From assembly GCA_964016885.1 (NCBI GenBank), contig OZ024740.1, positions 121,396,001 through 121,460,000 on the forward strand: DNA of 64,000 nucleotides. The letters are read 5' to 3'. Made by a program: the position numbers and the translations under genes. Under the pieces are notes generated by a model that was not told the origin of the DNA, made no database searches, and saw only the letters and a list, made by a program, of their open reading frames with translations. The stretch comes from Eledone cirrhosa. Taxonomy: Eukaryota. Positions within the stretch are counted from its first letter, which is position 1, and every line of letters begins with the position of its first letter. Of the stretch, positions 1 to 17,459 are shown piece after piece.

Positions 1-125
1 AACCCCGTATCTCGGGAACACGTGCTTCGTTTTACTTGAAGCTTGTTTTATTCTATTTGTATTCCCATTTCAGAGGCAAATTCCTTTCAAAGAATTTTCC
101 TATTATGCACCCTTTTGGCTAGTGG
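1..125 (-). repeat. Dispersed repeat fragment (probable 5' end of a non-autonomous Helitron family), copy 1, cut by window edge
   Basis: aaccccgtatctcgggaacacgtgcttcg...caaattcctttcaaag...ttatgcacccttttggct recurs at ~1160-1335 and ~2745-2940. Confidence 0.55.
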
Positions 126-548
126 TCAAGTTTCTGATTTTTGCCTGTCAGCGAGAAGCCCGGGTTCATCTAGCCCTGTGATGATTCCTAGCCATTTTGA
201 ATTTGTTTCTGGCGAGGAACATGTAAGAAAAATCCAATTGAGTTATCTCCTGGTGATCTCCAACCACGTTGATTTATGCAAGAACGGATATAACTAAAAA
301 TGGGGGTAGAGATATCTTGAAGATTTTGGTAGGTTTAACTTACATTTTTTTTGTAACTTTAATTTTGTACCTAATTATGTATGGTTAACCACATGTCTAT
401 TCATTTTTCTCCAGGCTATCAGAAATAGTATGATTTGATATATGAAATACCTCTACGGTCTTGATATTTTAATTCCAGTATTGGCAGTGCCAAAACTGGA
501 ATTGAAATATCAAGACCGTAGAGGTATGTCATATATCAAATCATATAT

Positions 549-611
549 TTTATCTGACGAGGACGTACTGGAAAACAAACAACACTGTACCTTCGAAATA
601 TATATAATAAA
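549..611 (+). ncRNA. Type I hammerhead ribozyme (PLE-associated)
   Basis: TTTAT-CTGACGA(554-560)-stem II GG..GTAC/GTAC.CTTC-GAAA(595-598)-palindromic stem III ATATATAT-A cleavage (ATA)-ATAAA pairing with TTTAT; degenerate paralogue at ~43380-43510. Confidence 0.7.
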
Positions 612-681
612 GCATATATTTTTATTATGTGAATATCTTCATTTGTTAATATTTTGAATAATATATATATAATTTATTATT

Positions 682-1042
682 AATAATCTCCCCCTGGTCG
701 AGATGAAATCTGGTCATTTTGACTACTGCTATTTATAGTGGTAGTAGACTGACCTCCCTGTCTTTGCTTCTACCTTTACACACGGCACTGGACAGAATTG
801 CTTCCACATCATTCATTCTCATCTCGGGAACAATTTTGAATAGCGCCAGTTCGTAATTTGAACTCGGGAATTTGATATTCTCCGAGTGAAAAGAATCTTC
901 TGACGAGAGTTTATCTTTTCAATGGAAGCCCACAATGACTTTCCATTTATTTTTGAGACTCGAAACCGATTCGGTAAAGGTAAGTCCAGTGATTTAAAAA
1001 AAAATTAATTTTGAAAATATTTCTTATTTGCTAAATCTTGAT

Positions 1043-1045
<3 letters not shown>
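682..1045 (+). mobile_element. Short non-coding hammerhead-bearing element (PLE pLTR/retrozyme-like) flanked by (TA)n
   Basis: Closely similar to 17460-18225; contains hammerhead at 896-980; ends in (TA)n. Confidence 0.7.
896..980 (+). ncRNA. Type I hammerhead ribozyme
   Basis: TCTT-CTGACGA(900-906)-GAGTTT...AGACTC-GAAA(962-965)-CCGATTCGG-TA-AAGG; stem III ACCGA/TCGGT, GTA cleavage triplet. Confidence 0.8.
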
Positions 1046-1124
<79 letters not shown>

Positions 1125-1159
1125 ACAACACCACTACCTCTCTCTCTCTCTCTATTTAA

Positions 1160-1335
1160 GAAAGTACCCGGAAAAACCCCGTATCTCGGGAACACATGAT
1201 CCGTTTTACGCCAAGCTTGTTTTATTCCATTTATAGTCCGATTTCTGGGTCAAATTCCTTTCAAAGTATTCTCCCATTATGCACCCTTTTGGCTGTATTA
1301 CCAGCAAGCAAGCAATCACAGAGTTTTAGTTGTAT
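1160..1335 (-). repeat. Dispersed repeat copy 2 (probable Helitron 5' end)
   Basis: Similar to 1-125 and 2745-2940. Confidence 0.55.
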
Positions 1336-1489
1336 ACTAGACCGCCCGTGACCCGTTGTATCAAGTTCAGTTCAAAATATTTTTTTTAAATCATGTTCAC
1401 TTAAAATAATGTTTAGATAATTAAAATATACACTGACATGTACATAATGTGAAATTAAACTGGAAGGTTCATATATATATACGTGCGTG

Positions 1490-1551
<62 letters not shown>

Positions 1552-1571
1552 ACAAATGTGTATGTTTCTAT

Positions 1572-1602
<31 letters not shown>

Positions 1603-2407
1603 CTAGCTGATGTACCCGATAATACTCGGGAACGGGGATATTCCCAGTTCCCATTAAAATGCCCAATGTTTCTCAGACCAAAAATGAAATCAAAATATAG
1701 GACAGATAATGAAAAGCGAAGACAAATTCATTTACGAAACAATAATACAAACAAATATTGTTGATTGCATTGGTCAGGCGAAAAAATATTTGTCAGAGGA
1801 GTTGAGTGTTGCTATAAGGAAAAATATAGAACCCCCATTAAGATCTTAATATTATTGAAATTTGCTGAACTTTTGTGAATAAGCATTACATCATGTCCTT
1901 TACCTATAGTTTAAATTTCATGTAAATCGAAAGGAAAATATTTTCAGCTGGGGTTTTGTGCCCCCGGGGAACCATTTGAATAAAATGAAATATACTTAGC
2001 AAAGTACCCTGGGCAATGAGGTTTCAGAATATATATGGTTATGGGGTCTATCTCCAAAAGCATAGGAGGAGTTCGTGAAATCTTGTTCCATTTATTGGCC
2101 AAACCTTTCACTATAGGGGTTTAAACCCCATTAGGGTGTTTCAATATTGAAATTTGCTGAAATTGTATGAATAGGCATCATATCTTGTCCTTTACCTAGG
2201 GTTTGAATTTCATATGAATCGAAAGGAAACAATTTTCAGCGGGGGTTTGAGCCCGCGGGGAACCCTTTGATTAAAATGAAATATACGCAAGAAATCAAAA
2301 GGCCATGAGCCCCACGCACGTGTAAAATTTCATCAAGATCGGTTTGTTAGTCTTTGAGCTTTAGGTTCACAAACAAACAGACAGAAATTGCCATTTATGT
2401 ATATAGA
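1603..2407 (-). mobile_element. Non-autonomous Helitron
   Basis: Minus strand starts TCTATATACATAAATGGCAATTTCTGTCTGTTTGTTT and ends with hairpin CCCGAGTATTATCGGG followed 8 nt later by CTAG|T; internal diverged direct repeat ~1830-2000 vs ~2125-2290. Confidence 0.75.
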
Positions 2408-2502
2408 TATAGATGTGTATATATATATATATATATATTTATGTATGTGTGTGTGTATATATATATGTGGGTGTCTGTGATGTATCTACACTGGTCATAG
2501 AA

Positions 2503-2599
<97 letters not shown>

Positions 2600-2744
2600 T
2601 CACATATATACATACACAACAACACCACCAGCACTCTTCCATTATCCTTCTCTTTCTCCTCTCCCTCTCTCTATGTCTCTCTTTCAATCTACTCTCTAAC
2701 AACCACTATCTCTTTCTCTCAATCCTTTTCTCCCTGTGTTTATG

Positions 2745-2940
2745 AAGGTACCCGGAAAAACCCCATATCTCGGGAACACGTGCTTCGATTTACACCAAAC
2801 TTGTTTAACTCCATTTATTTTCCCATTTCAGGGTCAAATTCCTTTCAAAGTCTTTACCGATTATGCGCCCTTTTGGCTGTATTACATTACAACCAAGGAA
2901 GCAAGTAAGCAATCACTGACGTTTAGTAATATATAGATAG
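2745..2940 (-). repeat. Dispersed repeat copy 3 (probable Helitron 5' end)
   Basis: Minus strand begins TCTATATATTACTAAACG; similar to 1-125 and 1160-1335. Confidence 0.55.
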
Positions 2941-3461
2941 ATAGATATAGATGGACTGATGGTGAGATGACGCAGGCTGACGGCAGGTAAATGTGATGAG
3001 AGTGGATGAGAAGAGAAGTGAGCTCGAGAGAGTGTGTGTGGGAGAGAAAATTACGGAGGAATAGAGGAAGTGGGTTCATGCAATTTGGACATACTTTTTC
3101 ATCTCTCTACACCTCACCTACGAAAGTCAGTTTTCCACTGCTTCTTGCGTTTGAGGTTGCACAACTAAAAAGCACCATATGTTATCCATTTATTTATAGT
3201 TATAATTTTGTTCGAATTAATATCACTTTTTTGTCGAAAGACTACCATAAATTTTATTATCCATTTTTTGTTGCATATTTCTGTAAAAAAATCGATTATT
3301 CGATCTGTTATGCAATCTGACATCACGTGTGTAGTAACACCTTAATGTGGGAAACTGCACTGCCCATAAAGTGGATGACGAAATAAGAATGGTGGTGTCG
3401 TTCGTCGTGCGTGTATGTGTGCATCTCCTGCCAATATGTGTCTATATATATATATATATAT

Positions 3462-3540
<79 letters not shown>

Positions 3541-3555
3541 GGGAGAGGGAGATAG

Positions 3556-3590
<35 letters not shown>

Positions 3591-6109
3591 TCGACTAGGA
3601 GTTAGGAAAATGTAAACAAGAATTGATGAAGATTATATATATAAGGGAGGTCAAGACTGAAAATTAGCATAGGGAAGAAGTACAGCCCAATGAGCGTGCG
3701 TATTAATTTAACGTGGGAAATAATAGGTAAACAGTTTTAATGTAAATAACGTTAGAAAGAGAAGAGAGAATGTTAGGGATTGAAATAGGGACTTAGGATG
3801 AGAGACGATAGTAAAACATAGAAAAGAAAGGCAAATAAATAAACAAGAAGGCACGTGTTCGTTACTCGTCTATTTTGAATTATATACAAAAATAAACGTA
3901 ACATCTCATACAATAGAAGTAGAATTTAATCCTGTCTTTAAAGCATCTAATTAATTCAAGTCTGTTTTCAATTATCATATTCACTATAAAATATCATGTT
4001 ATATGCCCGTCCTTTTACTTTAATGACCACTGGAATACGACGAAGCATGCTGGATTTAAGCACCTGGAAGATTTAAGCATCTGAAAATTAAATATTTCAT
4101 ATATGCAATATTAAATAACACATACAACGAAATAGACTCCCATAAAAACACCAAAGCGCTAGGTGGAATAATTAAACTAAGTGACGGATCGTGTCTACTT
4201 ACACAAAATTGGAACGGCCCTCATTTCTGAGAGATCTGCACCCTGTTTCCGTCTATCAATTTCCCTCAAGTCAATTTGATGGAAGTGGGGCTCTTCTAGA
4301 AGACTTGCACAATATGAGGAACCGTAAAATTAAACTAAACGTTAAACAGCAATGCCTTTGCCTCGGTACACATACATTTTCCCATGGATTTTACACTAAA
4401 ATATGAATATACTGAAAGCAAAGAAATTGATTCACTGTAGTCATTGAAGTGAAACATATCTCAAAAGGAGCTAAAATCACCCAGAACAATATTGCTACAA
4501 TGTGCAGGTTGGATCACACAGCTATACACACGCACAACATTAAACAAATTCATCTGAATCCTTAATGTAATATAAATTGATTGACTCTAACGTCACATGA
4601 AAAAATACAAAGAAAAATCCTAAAATACACAGTTGAGAAATTTTGTAATATATTCCTTCCCATGCAAACTCGCTGAAATAAGAAAGAAGCTGTCATTGTA
4701 ATATGTAAACGAGATGCTTTTGAATAAAACCGAATGAAACTGACAAAAAATATAAAATAAATAAATTAAAAAAAGGAAATAATATGTAAGAAATCAATAG
4801 TTATTTTTGGAGGTGTTGAAACCGGTTTCCTACATCGGAAGTAATTGAATAAGAAAATATAAAACGAAAAAGAAATCTAACAAAATGCAAAATTACGATG
4901 AAATATTAGCGGAAAGCACGGCTGTCATATTTTGTAGCTGCTAAAGCTGAGTAAAAATAAATTAAGCTACCATGAAGATTTCTATTAGAGGAATGGGGAA
5001 TGGAAGAAACGCAACATTATTACTAGAATTTATGATAAATCTGTTATATATGAGTGAATTGATCACGTAGTTGTTTACATACATTTATTCTGAAACATTT
5101 TTTATTAACACAACGATACGGAACGTTCACACCAAAGCTTCACACACGCATTCTATACTAATCGGAGAGAAAATAACTACAATGAGCTACAGAGACTACA
5201 AAAACACAAAGACAGTTGTAGATACGGTGAAAATCATGCTATGTGTTTCACATTTGGGCACACATGCTAGGGGTAAAGGAAAATATAGATGAAATATGTT
5301 CACATACTAACACAGACATATCTATTGTTGATAACTGTTTCTCATTAAAACAAAAGTCTAGCAATTTACTTGGATGGGAAATACAGTTATATGGATCCAA
5401 TTGCATGGACTTTATATTATCGAACCCAAATTCTGTAAGCAAAAGAACGTAGACGGCTGTAACTAAATGTCATTTCACCAAACTCATAACGATAGTTTCA
5501 AATGCACGCATAATACCAACTACATACAGCCTTTTGATCGAAATGATATCAATTCTGCCAATCTATGACTCATATATCAAACATTGGTAATACAAGCACG
5601 GCCATATATACTTGTTCATGTAATGCTCTGAAGCAAACAGGGAACCCCACAGTGTACATATTTACATTTAAGACACAACATATTATATACAATGTGTGTG
5701 TACATATGTATATCTGTGTGTATATGTGTGTGTGTGTGTATGTATATATATATATGTTTTTTATGCATATACATATGTATGTATAAATATATATATGTAT
5801 GTGTGTGTGTGAGTGTGTGTTTTTGTGTGTTTGTGTGTGTGTATCTGTGTGTGTATAAGATTATATATATACCGCAGCTAATTTTATATTTGGGGCTTAG
5901 AACTTCGGGATGAAGTGGCACATTAAAAGATCCAGATTTTCCGAATGTACGTTTTTTAAACAACACAAAATTATACCTGCAATCTCACCTGTTACCAATA
6001 ATTTTAAGACCAACGGTAAAAAACAGCCGACGCCTAAACATTCTTATCGTTATATATATTAATTTTATTGCGTTAGAACATACATATGCTAACGTCTTGT
6101 TGCTAGTAA

Positions 6110-6290
6110 TAATTGTTTCTACTTTTGGCACAAGGCCAGCAATTATCCCAGTGCATTACCGGTACTTTCTTTTATCGAACCCGTAAGGATGAAAGGCAAA
6201 GTTAACCTAGGCGGGATTTGAACTCAGAATGGCAAAGGCCGTAACTCTATGCATCAAATCATGGCGTCCAACCCTCTATCGATACTGCCA
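6110..6290 (-). mobile_element. Degenerate tRNA-related SINE
   Basis: Reverse complement TTCTGAGTTCAAATCCCGCC...CTTTGCCTTTCATCC...GATAAAA..AAGTACC matches 16260-16450 (+); B-box-like GTTCAAA. Confidence 0.6.
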
Positions 6291-9218
6291 TGCTGTAGTA
6301 TGTTTATCAACCATTCCCGAAAACACAAGAGTTAGCAGTTATTCACATTTGCACATCAAGTACGTTATGCACTTTATACATCTGGAATATTACAGAACAT
6401 CTGAGGATGATACTGATGGTGATGATGATGGTGGTGGTGGTAATCTGAATGATAATGATGTTCCTGATGATGATGGCGCTGGCAGTGGTGGGGAGTGACA
6501 ACGATGATAATGAGGATGACGATATTGATGATGATCATTACGCTCTATATGATGAAGATAGCAATAACAGTGGTGTAGAGTTGTAAATGAAGGTACAGCT
6601 TGGATGACGATTATCAATATTAAGGGCGTTCAAATAAACTAAGGTCGGCGTAAAGGGAGATAAGTATATACAGAAATCAAGGAAATCGGGAAACAGAGAA
6701 GAGGGAGAAGAAGAAGACAAAAATTGGAAGAAGATTAGATGATGTTAAAGGAGTAAAATAATGCAGTATGGGATGTGAAATAGCTAATCTAACGCTACTG
6801 ATATCATTACTGTCCCCTATAAAATTTAAACTCTACAACACTAGTAAATTAACATTTACATGTTTATGTAATTTAATGTGATGAGAGTGATTTATTATGC
6901 TTTGTGTAATATTTGGTTTGGATTTACTAATAAATACACACGAAAAATAAGCTGAAATGAAATATAATGAGTTACATAGAAGAATTATCCGATGAACTCT
7001 GAAAGAAAAAAAAACTATATTGTTCATTCAAACACTTTATTCATATAATATGTGGAATTTGTAGATCTGTTACGGTGTATATCAACACGTTGCACTGTTT
7101 GTTCCGGCTCTCTTTTCTGATTTCATATCTCTATGATTTTCAGCTTTTCCGGCTCGTTAAATTAAAGACAATGGGGTGAATGGCTAGAATGTCTGCCGGA
7201 GACGATTCGTTGCAGTATATATTCCATCTCTTTGCATTCAGACTTAATAAGTAATATATATAATCTTTCTTCCAATACGGCACCACTATTTGATCATGGG
7301 ATGTAATTACCGGCGTTCACACTTTTGCAAATATGTATGCCAAATCTCCGCTTTTGAGATGGTGTACCCTCTTCTTTCTACCAGTCTTTAATGGCCTTTA
7401 GAAATATAATGTCCCAGACTAACAATAAATATATATTTTAAAAAGGTATAATCTATTTAAACTTGTTTAGATCTAGGTCAATACTACATGGGGAGATTTG
7501 TGATCAAATAACTTTCCAGCTATAAACATCCAGTGCTCTTCAGTTTATATCACAGATTACATTATAGAATGCATGCTTTGCTGTAGAAGACAACGAAACA
7601 TCACCCAAGGGATAATATACAATATCGCTACATCTATTATAAATAGCAACATACCCTACTAATACAACTATGGATGTAAGGTGAGAATAAAACGAAGGTT
7701 TAGTTGCTATCTTTAGCAAGCCGAACGCACACGTAGAAGTTAGTCCTCAACTGAGCTGAAGATTTTTCGGTTAGATCTTATGTAATATTAAGGAGAAAGA
7801 AATTTCTTACTTGATTAAGTGCCAGTTTGTATCTCTTAACATCCACCTGAGAAGAGACTGATACGGTCCAACAAGGCAGCAAAATAAAACATATCAACAC
7901 ACCACCAAACAAAATGCACATACTTAAAGATGGTTGATGCTATATAAAACTGCATCATTTTAACAAAAGTATCACCGCTGATGACTGTCGAATTCTGACC
8001 CATACAAACCAACGATATATGCACTCACATTAACTTTCGCGGCATCAATCCGGAAATGGGCATGATATCGTACATGTCACTTGTAATAGATGTGGTCGTT
8101 CGTATATTGAAATATTGTCAGTAGGCTAGACATACGGACCACAAATATACGAACAAGTCTACTTCTGTAAAAAAGAAAAAAACACGTACAAAATCACACG
8201 CGTGATTTGACGTCACCATTACAAATAATTTCTGCACACCTTCTACTACTACAAAGAGCTACATAAACTTTTTTAAAAGGCGAATACCACCACATGACGC
8301 AGATAAAGCAACGATGCGGGAACTTCGAGGTCTCTGATATTTTCCTACTCACTAAGTAATATTTATACTCCACCTACACGTATTAAGTACTTATTAACTT
8401 AATACATGCTGACATAGACACATACACATATATGTTTGTATATATTTGTGTTTCTACGTATATCGAAAGGAATATATATAATTACAGATCTAAGATTATC
8501 AAAACGATAATTGTTAAATGTAATTTGTGTTAATAGTTAATCATATCAGAAAGTCGTTTTGTAAGCTTAGATAAATGGCAGGATGTATATATAGTTAAAT
8601 ATGAAAATGAATAGATTGAAATATAGACGGATAGACAGACAGATACATATATAGATAGAAGGATCGGTAGATAAACAGACAGATCAGATAGTAAGGCAGA
8701 TAAAGCGCTATGACAAGGGATGGAAAAATATAATATATAGAAAAAAGAAAAAAATTATATATAACATGAATGCTGAAGAACGAACGGAAACAAAAAAAAT
8801 CATTAATTATGCCGGCAAATCCATATCGATTTGCTTAATTCTTTTGCTCAAACCTGCGATTAATCTATTTAATTAATATTATCGATTTTCACGAACGTAT
8901 TCGTCTTATCAAATATTAGGTATCAATTACAAACAATCAGAAAATGAAAAGAAGATACTCCTGTCAGTTCAGACGAGATGGAGAATTTAATTATGTTTTT
9001 AGGAAATGAATGCGAATAAGTAGATGGAAATGATTAAATAAAGATATCAACTAATTATATACCGTTATTTAATTTCGCTATTTTATTATTGGGAAATTAC
9101 TTCCGCGTGTGCTATACGGTGCCACGACTGAAGAATAATCGCATGTTTTTAGATGCTACATGTTACGAAACGATATATTTTAATCCCACATGTACATCTC
9201 TCTTTCCCTCTGTTTCTT

Positions 9219-12775
<3,557 letters not shown>

Positions 12776-12826
12776 ATATATATATATCCCTCTCTCTCTC
12801 TGTATATATATATATATATATATTTT

Positions 12827-12865
<39 letters not shown>

Positions 12866-12870
12866 TTATA

Positions 12871-13024
<154 letters not shown>

Positions 13025-13115
13025 ATATATACTTGTTTGTGTAACTATTTAACAATTTATTTATCAATCCGTTTACCGATTGTTCTTTCACTCCCACCCC
13101 TATCTCTCTCTCTTT

Positions 13116-13200
<85 letters not shown>

Positions 13201-13219
13201 TATATACATACATATATAT

Positions 13220-14100
13220 AGAAGTGGTTACACAACAGTTAGTTCACCATACCGAGAACAATGGTTTCACCTTCGCGGATCTTCAGCTCGGGATGTATAT
13301 GGTTATAGGAACAGGAAGAACAACCGTACGAACGCGCATGCGCAGAAAATCGGTCACTTCACACAGGCAATAGTAGACTGCGTGCGGGGGGGGGGGGGGT
13401 GTAAGGGAGATAACTGCGAAAGTCCGGAACCGCAGGAGGTCAAAACCTATATAGGCATGGCGGAGGGCCGATTCAAGGAACGTTTCATGAACCACCAGTT
13501 TACCTTCAGATACCCGGACATACGTTCATCCACGAAACTCGCGAGCCACGTATGGTCCCTCAAGGACTCATGTATAAGGTACTCCATTCAATGGAAAGCC
13601 ATCACTATGTCCAAGCCATACGCAAGGGGAAATCCAACGTTTGGCTTATGTATTGACGAACGAATAACCATCCTAAAGAGATTACGCAATAGTGATTGCC
13701 TAAACACGAGAAGTGAATTTTTCACACGTTGACCACACGTCACCAAACATCAATTGCATAACTACAAGGCTCCGGACTGATTCTTTTTAATTTATTTTTA
13801 AATTATTTTATTTTATTTTCAACCAGAAAACTTTCCGGACTTTCGCAGCTATCTCCCTTACACCCCCGGCACGCAGTCTACTATTGCCTGTGTGAAGTGA
13901 CCGAGTTTCTGCGCATGCGCGTTCGTACAGTTGTCCTCCCTGTTCCTATAACCATATACATCCCGAGCTGAAGATCCGCGAAGGTGAAACAATTGTTCTC
14001 GGTATGGTGAACTAACTGTTCTGTAAGCACTTCTACCTAACTACTCCCTTGGACTGAGTGCTTTACCACTACGGATATTACCTTCCAGTGTTCCACCACT
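13220..14100 (+). mobile_element. 5'-truncated PLE: GIY-YIG fragment + pLTR, with inverted pLTR copy at 5' end, in (TA)n
   Basis: [18 protein letters not shown]...[11 protein letters not shown]...LCIDE...LNTRSE at 13430-13780; 13220-13429 is the reverse complement of 13833-14035. Confidence 0.9.
13963..14002 (+). ncRNA. Minimal type I hammerhead ribozyme (inverted copy at ~13252-13291, minus strand)
   Basis: CCGAG-CTGAAGA-TCCGCGAAGGT-GAAA-CAATTG-TT-CTCGG; stem III palindrome ACAATTGT. Confidence 0.75.
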
Positions 14101-15807
14101 ATATATATACATATATTTCTCTGTCTATATATAAATAGATACGTAGATATATACATAGGTAGATTGATAGAGAGGTATTAGCTACTCGGGTAATTTGTTA
14201 GTATTATTAACGTTTATAAGATGGGGGAACTTTCTGTAAGTGCCTATATATACTGCCAATATTGTTTCGAAAACATTACTAAGATCCCAACACATTGGAT
14301 CTGAATATTCTTCTAATCCATCCACGCAACTCACAAGGTTATTCTAGATTTCCGTCCCTCTCCAAACCCGGTGAACTTTATAATTCCCTAGGATGTGTGT
14401 TAGTCTGTATTGAGTGGGTTGGAATTGTTCTTATACATTAGATTACCACTAACAATTGAATGATCGGGCGTTGACAAGGAAAGGGGTTTGTTTTTAATTT
14501 TGATTTTGATTTTAATTTTGATTAATGAATACTAGAACATAACTATTTCACCAAAAGCGTGTTCGCTATTGACATGGTTTCGTTGATAAATTATTTTATG
14601 TACCTGTAACTAGCATTCAGTTCTCTTCCTGGTGTTTTCCTATAAGGAACAGTTTAGGGATTTTAAGCTATTGGTGTGTTGCAATATATAGATCTGATTT
14701 TATTAACACACTACCTCTTACAAATACATGTTCTTCTTACCTCAGATTTCTCTCCAAAAAGAGATTCCAAGCTTTTTTTATTGTTCATCTTATATGACTG
14801 TTAAGTGTTGTTTAATATCAACTTAAATTATTGGGATATTAGACTAGATTGGTTCATTATCTGGTCTAAATCACTAATAATTTTCAGCAGTAATTCTATG
14901 GTAATTTATTGATAGTTATAAATTCATATATATATTTAAGCGTACATGTTAGCATATATTTGTATATATATGTACGTATTTGTGTATGCATTTATGCAGC
15001 TATGTATGATTGTAATTGGTATATATAAATCAGAGGTCATTGCATTACACTTGCCTTTATCAGATTGCAGATACAAAAGGACATTTTCTTGTAACATGCA
15101 AGTATTATTATAGTATTATTTGAAGTAAAACTACACTCTTCAATTTGCCTCGATATTCAAAAGTACAACGATCAACAGTTGAATATGTTAGAATCTTAAC
15201 TTGTGTTACATCCAACAGAGACAATGGAAATATTGCTTGAATTTGTTGATGTCAGTTATGTTAGAATTCAATTTACTTCTGCTAAGAATCGTTTGATAAT
15301 TTCGTGTCCAGTATACTATCTCTGTTAAAAGGAACAATACACGGGTGTGCACATACAGAGCATAATAGATCACAATTGAAAGTTGACTATTTTATCTAAC
15401 ATCTACCAATTTCGCAGCGGGAATTTCTTCTTCATGCCCTTTACTCACTCCAAATACATGTTGTCGCAACGGTTACTTCCAGGGAAGCCTTATGTCTCCA
15501 GTGTCTAGAGTATCTCTTTCGTCTTTTGTAATTCATCGGAACTGCAAACTATGAAAGCGACCAAAGAACTAAAATTATTTATCACATACAAAACGCCATG
15601 AACTTTTCTTTGATCTATTTCAAAGCTCCACCGCGTCCGTAACCTTGTTCTACTTCTTTGATCTCTCTTTTTCCATTCTCGTGTATACATACACTCAAAT
15701 ACACACATATACTTATATGTATACACATATTAATATTTACATATACGTATATATATATACGTATTTTTCTATCTATTTATCTATATATATATATATATAT
15801 TTATATT

Positions 15808-15910
<103 letters not shown>

Positions 15911-16257
15911 GAATGAGAGAGAGAAAGAGAGAGAGAGAGAGCATATAAACACGCACACATACACATAAATATATCCTTAGGTATAGGAATCGCTTAATAA
16001 GTTTTTAACCTTTCATCTCTTTCCTCATATTCAATCAATGTTATCTTGAACAACTTTACGATTTTGGAATGTAATAAACGTATAATATCGTTCTTCATTC
16101 AATGAAAACGGAATCCTTCCACTAAGCACAAATATACAAAATAACTTATCAACTATACAGTTTGTTTCTTATTTCTTCTATGGCAATCATATATTCCGAT
16201 CTGTTGTTGTTTACATAATGTCTATAGGTAAAACAAGGAGCATTATGATTATGGGCA

Positions 16258-16450
16258 AAAAGGTGGTGGATTGGCAGTGTCGGCAGTGTATCGCACTGCA
16301 TGCTTTGACGTCCATTTACCTTCTGAGTTCAAACCCCACCGATGTTAGATTTACCTTTCGTCCATTGAGAGATAAAATAAAGTACCAGTAACGCTCAGTG
16401 GTCGATATAATCGAATTTCCCCTCCACTACAATTGTCGGGGCCTAAAACG
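16258..16450 (+). mobile_element. Degenerate tRNA-related SINE
   Basis: AAGGTGGTGGATTGGCAG...TTCTGAGTTCAAACCCCACC...AAGTACCAGT...GGTCGATATAATCGA; same family as 6110-6290. Confidence 0.6.
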
Positions 16451-16954
16451 GGAAACCATCGTTATAATCGGTAAACTTCTTTGAAAATTTGAAAAATGCT
16501 AATTCTTTAGAAAGTCCTCAAAGGAATACAGGCTTATGGTTTTTTTTCGCTTAAAATGTCTATACCTTTCATGCCATGTTATAATGTCTAAGAGGTTTTG
16601 ATCTATTGTTAGAATATTTACAAAGGAACTGAGCTTCACCTATTAATTCAGCTGAAAAGCATATGGAAACAAATTCCCAAGGAATTAAAATATGCTTCTT
16701 ATTTGGAGAAACGAAACACAATTTTAAGAAATTAGGATGGATTAGCAAAAATGATTGAATATTTGATAGGATAAAAGAAATGAATATTGTTAGAATGTAT
16801 GTCGGAGCCAATTTTAGACAAGCCAAATTGGACATGGTATTATCCGGGTTAGACAGTATAAACAGTATAATAAATGTCTATCTGTCCAGAATCCATTTCT
16901 GAAAGTTTAGTATGATGAGTTAAACATTAGCTAACTTTCTTTAGTATTTACTTC

Positions 16955-17310
16955 AAGGCGGTGTGCTATCTCGTTCATATTATATTTCGAGGGTCTCCAG
17001 TCTAAAATCAGTTGCACTTGTATTTAAAAAGACCGGCGTTGCCATGTTGAATGTCGCTAAAAGAACTACACGAATGGTATATGTGATTATAGAATGCTCA
17101 GCAACTTACGCGTTCATCGCAGGAGCACGCTCTTTCATTGATGAAACAACAGCAACACTTGCCCAAGGTACAGATATATGTTGACACACATAAATACATA
17201 TGCGTGCGTTTTCGCATTTGGGTGTGTCCAAAATACCCACCAACTACCCTATGTATTGAGTACTCTGGTGAGCTATGGTCCATCTAGATCCTTACCACAT
17301 TCCTTTGTTA
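16955..17310 (+). repeat. Degenerate PLE-type 3' terminal segment ending in (TA)n
   Basis: Terminus tattgagtactctggtgagctatggtccatctagatccttaccacatt resembles 19541-19589 and 42113-42170; possible eroded hammerhead at ~17138-17195. Confidence 0.5.
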
Positions 17311-17391
17311 TATATATATATATAAACGGAAAAAATAAAACGAAATTTCATTTCTCACTCTTAGGACGGCTGTTACTTAATCCATACGTAC

Positions 17392-17458
<67 letters not shown>

Positions 17459-17459
17459 T

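Noticed and set aside
170-245. Possible eroded hammerhead (GTGATGA..TTCCT/AGGAA..CATGTA)
   Set aside because: Both core strands are mutated and stem I cannot be formed convincingly
6385-6620. Acidic/Gly-rich ORF ends (DDDGGGG)
   Set aside because: Degenerate (GAT/GGT)n trinucleotide repeat with stops in neighbouring codons
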